Assembly (NCBI GenBank): GCA_963674745.2
Contig: CAXXDV010000003.1
Coordinates: forward strand, 1,952,001-2,016,000
DNA from: Desulfosudaceae bacterium
GTDB taxonomy: Bacteria > Desulfobacterota > Desulfobacteria > Desulfobacterales > Desulfosudaceae
Reading direction: 5' to 3'
DNA: 64,000 nt
In this document: one piece after another, positions 52,269-60,801 of the stretch
How the letters are laid out: each line of letters starts with the position of its first letter
Numbering within the stretch: position 1 is the stretch's first letter
Translations under genes and position numbers: made by a program
The notes under the pieces: generated by a model
What the model was told of the DNA's origin: nothing
Databases searched by the model: none
The model's input: only the letters and a program-made list of their open reading frames with translations

Positions 52269-52340
52269 TTCGGAACTGAATATTTCATCGGGAACTGAAA
52301 ACCGGAAAAACAACCGATTTGCCGATTTTCTTATTTAGGC

Positions 52341-54017
52341 TTAGCGGCAATATCCTTGTGCTTTAACCATTTCCAGTATCTGACATTCTTTTAAGGCACA
52401 TGCCTTTTTCGCATCTTCACACCCTGAAGTTAAATTACCCAGTTTAAAATATACACAAGCCCGGTTTTTGTAAGCCTCGGCGAAGTTCTTTTTAAGACTG
52501 ATGGCTTTGCTGTAGTCTCTGATAGCCAATTGATTGTTGTTCACATAATCGTAAAGAACGCCCCTGTTGTTGTATGCGTTCGCAAAATTTAAATTCAGCG
52601 TAATGGCTCGATTAAAATCATCAAGAGCTTTCTGATACTGGCACTCTTTCAAGTAAATAATTCCCCTGTTATTGTACGCATTGGCATAATAAGGATTTAT
52701 CAGCAAAGCCTGGTTATGATGATAAAGCGCTCTTGCAATCTCGCCTTTATTTTTGTAAGCGACGCCCAGTTTATCATGAGCCATATAGTTATTTTCCGTC
52801 ACCATAACCGCGTGGCGGAAAAGTTCTATGCTGTTTTTCCAATAACCGCATTGTATCCAGGTTAGAATCGCCAAACTAAAAAGTATTGCTGCTGAAAACG
52901 TAAACAAAATCGTTCCCCGGATTTTTTTGCGTCGAAATAAAAACGCCCCCCCCCAGGAAAGCATGATAGCAATGCCGATAGAAGGTAGATAAGTATAATG
53001 GTCGGTCACCAGTGCATTGGTCGGCACTATTCCGATGACCGGAATTAATGTTCCCAAAAACCAAAACCAGCCCACAAATAAAAACGGCCATTTCCTGACT
53101 GTGTAAAGAACAACAAAAGTTATTCCGATCAAGATAAAACCGGAAAATAAAATATGCCATAAGCGGAAATCAACGTGGTAATAAGAAAGTGTTAAATCCA
53201 CCGGCCGGAATGTCTTTCCAAGGTATATAACATAGGCAACAACGGCGTTGGAAATACGTGAAAGAAAGGACGGATAAGTCGTACCGGCTTTATATTGGGC
53301 CAGGAAAGTTATGATACTTAATAAAATCGACAGGAGGAAAAACGGCGTTTTTTCTTTGATCAGTCTTCCAGCTGAATGGAATACCTGCTTTTTTTCCATC
53401 AATACGTTGTCCCACCGCCCTAGAGGCCAGTAATCAATAATCAAAAAGACAAAAGGCAGGGTGACCATCATGGATTTGGACAGAAGGCTTAAACAAAATA
53501 AGAACAAACATATGATATATCTATAAAAATTGTTTTTCTGCACATAAAAAGCATAAGCGTATAAACTGGCCATTCCAAAAAACAAACTTAACACATCTTT
53601 TCGTTCGGATGCCCATGCCACCGATTCTACCCGCAGAGGATGAAGAGCAAAAAAAGCGGCGGCAAAAGCCGATGACCAGATGTTGTTAGTTGTTTTATTT
53701 AAAAAGAGAAACAGAAAGATAACAGATCCAATATGCAGCAACAGACTGATTATATGATGGCCGGAAGGATTGGCTCCGAACAGTTTCCAGTCCAGCATGT
53801 GAGAAATAATCGTTAGTGGGACCCAGTTTTTTTCAACAACGGCTGTAAATGCCCATCTGATACTTTTCGAATTGATTCCTGATTTAATAAAATAATTATC
53901 AGTGATGTAACCGGTGTCATCAAAACAGATAAAATCATTACCTGCTATCCGTCCAAAGGCGACAAAATTAGCAACAATTAGCAGTATAATTATGAGGTAA
54001 GTATATTTATTATTCAT
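52341..54017 (-). CDS. TMTC-like GT-C membrane glycosyltransferase with C-terminal TPRs
   Basis: DD in the first loop, HPLRVESVAWASERKD, multiple TM helices and AYNNRG TPR repeats. Confidence 0.82.
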   Translation of the reverse strand: MNNKYTYLIIILLIVANFVAFGRIAGNDFICFDDTGYITDNYFIKSGINSKSIRWAFTAVVEKNWVPLTIISHMLDWKLFGANPSGHHIISLLLHIGSVIFLFLFLNKTTNNIWSSAFAAAFFALHPLRVESVAWASERKDVLSLFFGMASLYAYAFYVQKNNFYRYIICLFLFCLSLLSKSMMVTLPFVFLIIDYWPLGRWDNVLMEKKQVFHSAGRLIKEKTPFFLLSILLSIITFLAQYKAGTTYPSFLSRISNAVVAYVIYLGKTFRPVDLTLSYYHVDFRLWHILFSGFILIGITFVVLYTVRKWPFLFVGWFWFLGTLIPVIGIVPTNALVTDHYTYLPSIGIAIMLSWGGAFLFRRKKIRGTILFTFSAAILFSLAILTWIQCGYWKNSIELFRHAVMVTENNYMAHDKLGVAYKNKGEIARALYHHNQALLINPYYANAYNNRGIIYLKECQYQKALDDFNRAITLNLNFANAYNNRGVLYDYVNNNQLAIRDYSKAISLKKNFAEAYKNRACVYFKLGNLTSGCEDAKKACALKECQILEMVKAQGYCR

Positions 54018-54198
54018 AGACCTTAATGCACGATTGTCAGAATACCAGCAAAAGGAGTCTTTTCTTCTTATCCGTATTTTTTCATTTAAACCGGCAATTC
54101 ACGCAGAGACTAATTCACCTAACTTATTATGATGATGAACCAAGCGTAAAACGTTTTTTAAGGCGAGTAAAACAAAAAGAAGAAAAGCTGACTAAACC

Positions 54199-55992
54199 TT
54201 ATTCATCCGTTTTCAATACCGCAAGGAAAGCGGACTGGGGAATGGCCACCTTGCCCACGGTCTTCATCCGCTTCTTACCCTTTTTCTGCTTCTCCAGGAG
54301 CTTGCGCTTACGGCTGATATCCCCGCCGTAGCATTTGGCGGTCACGTCTTTTCGCAGCGGTGAAATGGTTTTTCGGGAGATGATCTGTGAACCGATGGCA
54401 CCCTGGATAGCAACCTTGAACATCTGCCGGGGGATCTCGTCCCGGAGCCTTTCGCAGATCTGACGGGCCCTTTCTACAGATTTGCTGCGGTGGATCAGTT
54501 GTGAAAAAGCGTCCACCTTTTCACCGTTGAGCAGAATATCAACTTTGACCAGGTCGGCTTCCCGGTAGTCCTTGACCTCATAATCAAAAGAGCCATACCC
54601 CTGGGTAACCGTCTTCAGCCGATCATAAAAGTCATAAACCACTTCGGCCAGGGGCAGCTCGAAAATCATTTCCAGCCGGTTGCCGGTCAGGTAGTGATAG
54701 GTGGTATTGATTCCCCGCCTTTCCAGGCAGAGATTCATGACCGCCCCCATGTAACGGTCCGGTGTCATGATCGAAGCCCGGATATACGGTTCCCGGGTGA
54801 GCTCGATTCTGGTCGGATCCGGATAGGCATCCGGATTGTCGATAAACTCGACGCTGCCGTCATGAAGCGTGATTTCAAAACGAACCGACGGTGCGGTTAC
54901 AATCATGGAAATATCATATTCCCGCTCCAAACGCTCCTGAACGATTTCCAGGTGCAGCAAGCCCAGAAAACCACAGCGGAATCCGAAACCCAGGGCAGCA
55001 GAGGTGGTTTTCTCAAACACCAGCGAGGCATCGTTCAACTGGAGTTTGTCCAGGGCGGTGGCCAGTTCCTCATAATCATCCGAGGCAATGGGGAATAGGG
55101 AAGAAAAGACCATGGGCTTGGCTTCTTTAAAACCCGGCATGGGTGCCGCGCATCGATTTTTCTTCAATGTAATGGTGTCCCCGGAACGGGTGTCGCTGAC
55201 GGTCTTGATACCGGCAATGATATAACCGACCGCTCCGGCGGAAAGCTGCTTGACCGGTTTGCGCGTAATCTGAAAAATACCGACCTCCTCCACCTTGTGA
55301 ACCGCTCCGGTTGACATGAGCAGAATCTCGTCCCCGGCCTTGACCGTACCGTCAAACAGGCGGCAGTGAATGACCGTGCCGCGATAATCATCATAATGGG
55401 AGTCAAAAATCAGGGCCCGCAACGGTGCCCCGGGGTCGCCCTGGGGCGACGGTAACCGGTGAATAATGGCTTCCAGGACCGCCTCTATACCGATATTGGC
55501 CTTGGCCGAAATCTGCAGGGCCATAGCGGAATCCAGGCCCAGGTCATCTTCGATTTCCTCCAGTACCCGGTCCACATCCGCTGCCGCAAGGTCTATCTTG
55601 TTAATCACCGGAATAATTTCCAGGTCATGTTCCAGTGCCAGGTAAAGGTTGGCCATGGTCTGTGCTTCCACGCCCTGACTGGCATCAATCAGCAGCAGCG
55701 CCCCTTCGCAGGAAGCAATGGCGCGGGATACTTCATAGGAGAAATCCACATGCCCGGGGGTATCGACAAAATTCAAAGTATACAGCTTGCCGTCTTTGGC
55801 CCGGTATGGCAAAAGCACGGTCTGGCTTTTGATGGTAATGCCCCGTTCTTTTTCGATGTCCATACTGTCAAGTATCTGGTCATGGAAATCCCTGGCCGAG
55901 ACCAGTTCCGCTGTTTGAATAAACCGGTCACTTAAAGTCGATTTGCCATGATCGATATGCGCGATAATGGAAAAATTTCGAATCTCTTTCAT
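54199..55992 (-). CDS. lepA: Elongation factor 4
   Basis: IRNFSIIAHIDHGKSTL, GFRCGFLGLLH and KCYGGDISRKRKLL; start moved to the ATG at 55992. Confidence 0.97.
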   Translation of the reverse strand: MKEIRNFSIIAHIDHGKSTLSDRFIQTAELVSARDFHDQILDSMDIEKERGITIKSQTVLLPYRAKDGKLYTLNFVDTPGHVDFSYEVSRAIASCEGALLLIDASQGVEAQTMANLYLALEHDLEIIPVINKIDLAAADVDRVLEEIEDDLGLDSAMALQISAKANIGIEAVLEAIIHRLPSPQGDPGAPLRALIFDSHYDDYRGTVIHCRLFDGTVKAGDEILLMSTGAVHKVEEVGIFQITRKPVKQLSAGAVGYIIAGIKTVSDTRSGDTITLKKNRCAAPMPGFKEAKPMVFSSLFPIASDDYEELATALDKLQLNDASLVFEKTTSAALGFGFRCGFLGLLHLEIVQERLEREYDISMIVTAPSVRFEITLHDGSVEFIDNPDAYPDPTRIELTREPYIRASIMTPDRYMGAVMNLCLERRGINTTYHYLTGNRLEMIFELPLAEVVYDFYDRLKTVTQGYGSFDYEVKDYREADLVKVDILLNGEKVDAFSQLIHRSKSVERARQICERLRDEIPRQMFKVAIQGAIGSQIISRKTISPLRKDVTAKCYGGDISRKRKLLEKQKKGKKRMKTVGKVAIPQSAFLAVLKTDE

Positions 55993-56002
55993 TATGGTAC
56001 TC

Positions 56003-56146
56003 TCGTAAAAAGTCAAAATTTGGATGGCAAAGTAAAAAGTTCAAGATCAAGGCGCGCAAATCCTGAGGAATGCAGCGTACATGGGAGTACGTGAAATTCC
56101 GAAGGATGCAGCGCAACGAAGATATTGGACTTTTTACGAATCCATC
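56003..56146. mobile_element. MITE-like element with a duplicated left end
   Basis: GATGGCAAAGTAAAAAGTTCAA (56023) versus TTGGACTTTTTACGAATCCATC (ends 56146); extra TCGTAAAAAGTC copy at 56003; GTAC-N6-GTAC hairpin. Confidence 0.75.
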
Positions 56147-57076
56147 TCATCTGGTCATTACCTTTAAATACAGATCACCCGTTGTTCCATCGGCCCTTCT
56201 TTTACCAAGTCCGGCCAGCCGCAAGGTTGAGCCGGGTTTGATGCCGGCCGGCACTTTTACCCGGTAAAGCCGGGATTGAAAACCCCAGGGAATATTTACG
56301 GTTTTAGTGGTTCCGGTCAGCGCTTCCACACTGGTAATGGTGATATTCCCATACAGATCGTCATCATTGGCGCCGCCGCCGGGGCGGATCACTTGCAGGC
56401 GGGGCGTCGTCTTTTTCGAAACCGCTTGCCGGTATCGGTTTTCAGAAATTTTCTCCGGACCGACACTGAAAAATTTTAAAAATGCTATCCCGGCGACAAA
56501 TCCGCCCACATGGGCCCACCAGGCGACTCCGGTAGCGCCGGCAGTCGTGGATGCGGCGTTCAGCAATTGAATGACAAACCATACTCCAAGCAGAAAAAAA
56601 GCCGGGATTTCAATAAAAAGCGGGATAAAAAAAAGCGGCACCAGGGTCAGCACTCTGGCATGGGGGAACAGCACCAGGTAAGCGCCCATCACGCCGGCGA
56701 TAGCCCCGCTGGCGCCCACGATGGGAACGGGCGAGCCGAGATTCAGCATCAGATGAGCCAGGCCGGAGGCTAATCCGCACCCGAGATAAAATATCAGGTA
56801 TCGTGCCGGTCCCAGCCGGTCCTCGATATTGTCACCAAAAATATACAGGAACCACATATTTGAGAGCAGATGCCAGAACCCGCCGTGCAGAAACATATAA
56901 GAAAAAAGCGGGATAATCTTCACCTGTGCCGGCACCAGGCCGAAATGATGAAAAAAGGCCTCCCTGCTGGCGCCGTAAAACAGCTCCAGAACGTAAACAA
57001 TTATACAGACCGCAATAATCGTGTTGTTGACGACAGGATGGGTTTCCGAAGGGTTAATGTCACGAATCGGTATCAT
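56147..57076 (-). CDS. Rhomboid intramembrane serine protease fused to a DnaJ C-terminal-like domain
   Basis: HLLSNM, GASG and AHVGG; C-terminal DLY...EALTG...VPAG...LRL.GLG...GDLY. Confidence 0.9.
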   Translation of the reverse strand: MIPIRDINPSETHPVVNNTIIAVCIIVYVLELFYGASREAFFHHFGLVPAQVKIIPLFSYMFLHGGFWHLLSNMWFLYIFGDNIEDRLGPARYLIFYLGCGLASGLAHLMLNLGSPVPIVGASGAIAGVMGAYLVLFPHARVLTLVPLFFIPLFIEIPAFFLLGVWFVIQLLNAASTTAGATGVAWWAHVGGFVAGIAFLKFFSVGPEKISENRYRQAVSKKTTPRLQVIRPGGGANDDDLYGNITITSVEALTGTTKTVNIPWGFQSRLYRVKVPAGIKPGSTLRLAGLGKRRADGTTGDLYLKVMTR

Positions 57077-57116
57077 GCTATCTCATTTGATAAGCGCGGC
57101 TGATTGACCACACCGG

Positions 57117-57956
57117 TCAGGCACCGGAATCAATGCGCATGCTCAGGTCAACAGCCCTGGCCGAATGGGTCAGGAATCCGGCGGAAATAATATCCGCGCC
57201 CGCTTCTGCAATTTCCCGCAGGTGCTGTTTATCCACGGAACCGGACACCTCTACCATGGCCCGGCCGTTAATCCGTTTAACGGCCTCCCTGATCTGCGGC
57301 AGGTCCATGTTGTCCAGCATAATCACATCCGCTCCAGCGGCAACAGCCTCGTCCACTTCTTCAAATGTGGCGGTCTCCACTTCAATTCGAACCAGGTGGT
57401 GCGTATACGCCCGTGCCCGTTGTACGGCCTGGGAAATCCCGCCACAGGCAACAATATGGTTATCCTTGATTAAAACGCCATCAAACAGACCGATACGATG
57501 ATTGTGCGCCCCGCCGACACGGACAGCGTATTTTTCAAGCATCCGCAATCCCGGCAGGGTCTTGCGGGTATCCACCAGCCGGGCGCCGGTTCCCTTTAAC
57601 ATGTCAACCCAGGAACGCGTCAGGGTGGCGATTCCGGAAAGGTGTTGCAGAAAATTCAGGGCTGTTCTTTCCGCCTTGAGGATTGCGGCCAGATCACCGC
57701 TGACCTCAAACACCCTGGTTCCGGCGTCTATGGCAGCACCGTCACGACAGAGCGCGGTAAACGTCACCCGGGGATCCAGAAGCAAAAAAACCCTGCCGGC
57801 CACTTCAAGACCGGCCAGGACCAGTGCTTCCTTGGCCACAACATAACCGTGCCCTTCTGTGTTTTCCGGGATCAGGGCATCGGTCGTAATATCGCCTGTG
57901 CCGATATCTTCCCGCAAGGCGCTTTCGATAACGATATCAATATTCATATCCATCAT
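57117..57956 (-). CDS. nadC: Nicotinate-nucleotide pyrophosphorylase
   Basis: ED...GDITT, ERTALN, DTRKTLPG, KDNH and MLDNM. Confidence 0.97.
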   Translation of the reverse strand: MMDMNIDIVIESALREDIGTGDITTDALIPENTEGHGYVVAKEALVLAGLEVAGRVFLLLDPRVTFTALCRDGAAIDAGTRVFEVSGDLAAILKAERTALNFLQHLSGIATLTRSWVDMLKGTGARLVDTRKTLPGLRMLEKYAVRVGGAHNHRIGLFDGVLIKDNHIVACGGISQAVQRARAYTHHLVRIEVETATFEEVDEAVAAGADVIMLDNMDLPQIREAVKRINGRAMVEVSGSVDKQHLREIAEAGADIISAGFLTHSARAVDLSMRIDSGA

Positions 57957-60622
57957 GGCGCAATACCCATTAATTTATCAAGGGTTGCCTGGAGCTTATC
58001 TTTCCTGTCCAGCAGTGCCTGGTTGTTCTCCCGGGCCTTTTCAATCACGTTTTCCGGTGCTTTTTTCAAAAAATCACTGTTGTTCAGTTTTTTAAACGTC
58101 GCTTCGATGTCCCGGCTGATTTTAGTCATCTCTTTTTCAATGCGTGCTTTTTCCTTGTCAACATCGATAACCCCTTCCAGCAGGACATAAACCGTGGCAT
58201 CCTTAACGACCGATGTAGCTGCAAATTTCGGTTTTTCCGCTGAAGGCAACACGTCAAACGAGCCCAGCCGGGCCAGGTTCATAATCATGTCCCGGTTGGC
58301 GTGTATCTGATCGCGAATGGTATCACTATCGACATGAACCAGCACATCCAGACTTTTTCCCGGGGAGATGTTCATCTCTCCGCGGACATTCCGGATACCC
58401 GTTATCACATCCATGACCAGTGCCATCTCGGATTCCGCGTCCGGATCCTTTTGTAAACCATTGGCCGATTCCGGTGACGGCGGAAATTCGGCTTTCATTA
58501 TCGAACCTTCGGTACCCGGCAGAATCTGCCATATTTCCTCGGTAACAAAAGGAATGAACGGATGAAGCATGATCAGCATGTCCCGCAGCACCCGCCACAG
58601 AACACGTTTTGAAGCCGCCATCCGGATTTCGCTCTTGTTCCCATAAAGATCCGGCTTAACCGCTTCCAAGTACCAGTCACAGAATTCGTGCCATGAAAAG
58701 CGGTATAACGCCCCGGCCCCTTCATTGAAGCGATAATGATCCAGGGCATCGGTCACTTCTTCACGCACGGTTGCCAGTCTTGACAGGATCCACCTGTCGG
58801 CCAGGCTGAGATTATCCAGTTCTCCATCAGCACAGGCATCATCTATATGCATCATGGAAAAACGGGCGGCATTCCACAGTTTGTTAATAAAATGGCGGTA
58901 GCCCTCGATCCTGTTCTCGGACAGCTTGATGTCGCGGCCCTGGGCAGCAAAGGCGGCCAGTGTAAAACGCAGGGCGTCGGCACCATGAACGTCGATGACG
59001 GTGATGGGATCGATCACGTTCCCGGTGGATTTGCTCATTTTTTTACCGTCTTTATCCCGGACCAGGGCATGAATATAGACGTCTCGAAAAGGCACGTCCT
59101 CCATAAAATGAAGCCCCATCATCATCATACGGGCAACCCAGAAAAACAGAATATCGAATCCGGTCACCAGAACACTGGTCGGGAAGTAGGTTTTCAGCAA
59201 CGGTGTGGTATCCGGCCACCCCAGAGTGGAAAAAGGCCACAAGGCCGAACTGAACCAGGTGTCCAGGACATCCTCATCCTGTCTCAAGGCATTGTTTCCG
59301 CAGGCGGTACACGTCTCCGGGGCCTCTTCAGCCACGATTTCCTGCCCGCACTGGTCGCAATACCAGGCAGGGATACGATGTCCCCACCAGATCTGACGGG
59401 AAACACACCAGTCCCGGATATTGTCCATCCATTCATAGTATGTTTTTTCCCAGTGTTCCGGAACGATCATTGTCTTTCCGTTTTTGACCGCCCTGGTGGC
59501 TACTTCCGCCAGTGGCTTGACATTGACAAACCACTGTTTGGACAGATTCGGCTCGACCACGGTATGGCAACGATAGCAGGTACCCACGCTGTGGGTCAGG
59601 TCTTCGACTTTTTCCAGCAGGCCTTCTTCTTGTAGCGCAGCCACAACCGCCTTGCGACAAGCAAAACGGTCCAGTCCCGCAAACCGATCGCCGGCTTCGG
59701 GTGTCATTTTTCCCGTTTCATCAATGACTTTAACCATGTCCAGGTCATGTTTGCGCCCCAGTTCAAAGTCATTGGGGTCATGAGCGGGCGTGACCTTTAA
59801 GGCGCCGGTACCGAATGAAATATCCACGTAACTGTCCTCGATGACCGGTATGATTCGGTCGGTCAGAGGCAAACGGACTTTCCGTCCGGCTGAACCGGCA
59901 TATCGCTTGTCTTCCGGATGCACGGCCACCGCCGTGTCTCCCAGCATGGTTTCCGGCCGGGTCGTGGCCACGACAAAGCCCTTTCCCCCGTCATGTGCGG
60001 GATAACGGATATGGTACAGTGCACCGTTCTGCTCCTCATGCTCGACTTCAATATCAGCCAGGGCGGTGTGGCATCGGGGGCACCAGTTGATCAGATACTC
60101 ACCCCGGTAAATCAATCCTTCCTGGTAAAGCCGGACAAAAACCGTCCGGACAGCCCGGGAAAGGCCTTCGTCCATGGTAAACCGCTCCCGGTCCCAATCA
60201 CAGGAAGCACCCAGTCGTTTCAACTGCCGGATAATCCTGCCGCCATAGTCCCGGCGCCATTCCCAGACACGGTCAATAAATTTTTCCCGGCCCAGGTCGT
60301 GCCGACTCTTTTTTTCTTCCCGCAACTGTCGTTCAACCACGTTCTGAGTGGCGATACCGGCATGATCCGTCCCGGGCATCCAGAGCACGTTATCCCCGAA
60401 AAGCCGCCGATAACGACACAGAATGTCCTGGAGTGTAATATTAAGGGCATGCCCCATATGCAGCATGCCGGTTACATTGGGCGGCGGGATAACAATTGCG
60501 TAGCACCGGCTGTCGCCGGGGTCATCCGGCGCGGCGAAAAGTTTTTCACGTTCCCAGAAATCATACCACCGCTGTTCGACACCTGTCGGGTCATAACCTT
60601 TGTCAAGCAAGTTGGACGTCAT
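57953..60622 (-). CDS. valS: Valine-tRNA ligase
   Basis: PPPNVTG.LHMGH, KMSKS and C-terminal coiled coil. Confidence 0.98.
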   Translation of the reverse strand: MTSNLLDKGYDPTGVEQRWYDFWEREKLFAAPDDPGDSRCYAIVIPPPNVTGMLHMGHALNITLQDILCRYRRLFGDNVLWMPGTDHAGIATQNVVERQLREEKKSRHDLGREKFIDRVWEWRRDYGGRIIRQLKRLGASCDWDRERFTMDEGLSRAVRTVFVRLYQEGLIYRGEYLINWCPRCHTALADIEVEHEEQNGALYHIRYPAHDGGKGFVVATTRPETMLGDTAVAVHPEDKRYAGSAGRKVRLPLTDRIIPVIEDSYVDISFGTGALKVTPAHDPNDFELGRKHDLDMVKVIDETGKMTPEAGDRFAGLDRFACRKAVVAALQEEGLLEKVEDLTHSVGTCYRCHTVVEPNLSKQWFVNVKPLAEVATRAVKNGKTMIVPEHWEKTYYEWMDNIRDWCVSRQIWWGHRIPAWYCDQCGQEIVAEEAPETCTACGNNALRQDEDVLDTWFSSALWPFSTLGWPDTTPLLKTYFPTSVLVTGFDILFFWVARMMMMGLHFMEDVPFRDVYIHALVRDKDGKKMSKSTGNVIDPITVIDVHGADALRFTLAAFAAQGRDIKLSENRIEGYRHFINKLWNAARFSMMHIDDACADGELDNLSLADRWILSRLATVREEVTDALDHYRFNEGAGALYRFSWHEFCDWYLEAVKPDLYGNKSEIRMAASKRVLWRVLRDMLIMLHPFIPFVTEEIWQILPGTEGSIMKAEFPPSPESANGLQKDPDAESEMALVMDVITGIRNVRGEMNISPGKSLDVLVHVDSDTIRDQIHANRDMIMNLARLGSFDVLPSAEKPKFAATSVVKDATVYVLLEGVIDVDKEKARIEKEMTKISRDIEATFKKLNNSDFLKKAPENVIEKARENNQALLDRKDKLQATLDKLMGIAP

Positions 60623-60686
60623 TTTTCAAAAACTCCATATATCGTCTTTTAAGGATCTTCCATTCATTATCAAAGGTGATATTAAT

Positions 60687-60712
60687 AAAAAAGGGATTAT
60701 TAAAAAATCCCT
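60687..60712 (-). terminator. Putative intrinsic terminator between the acidic-protein gene and valS
   Basis: Minus strand AGGGATT-loop-AATCCCT followed by a T run. Confidence 0.5.
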
Positions 60713-60801
60713 CTTGGTTTTCAATGCTTTTATGATTTTTTTAAAATGAAATACTCAGTGTGTGTCCGGCAACGGCTGTATGAACATCCAAAAAGGCGGG
60801 A

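Noticed and set aside
55993..56016. lepA start at 56016 (MTFYESTI)
   Set aside because: It lies in the MITE end; the conserved LepA N-terminus starts at 55992.
60623..60801. T-box riboswitch upstream of valS
   Set aside because: A terminator-like hairpin is present, but I found no UGGNACC T-box sequence or stem I.
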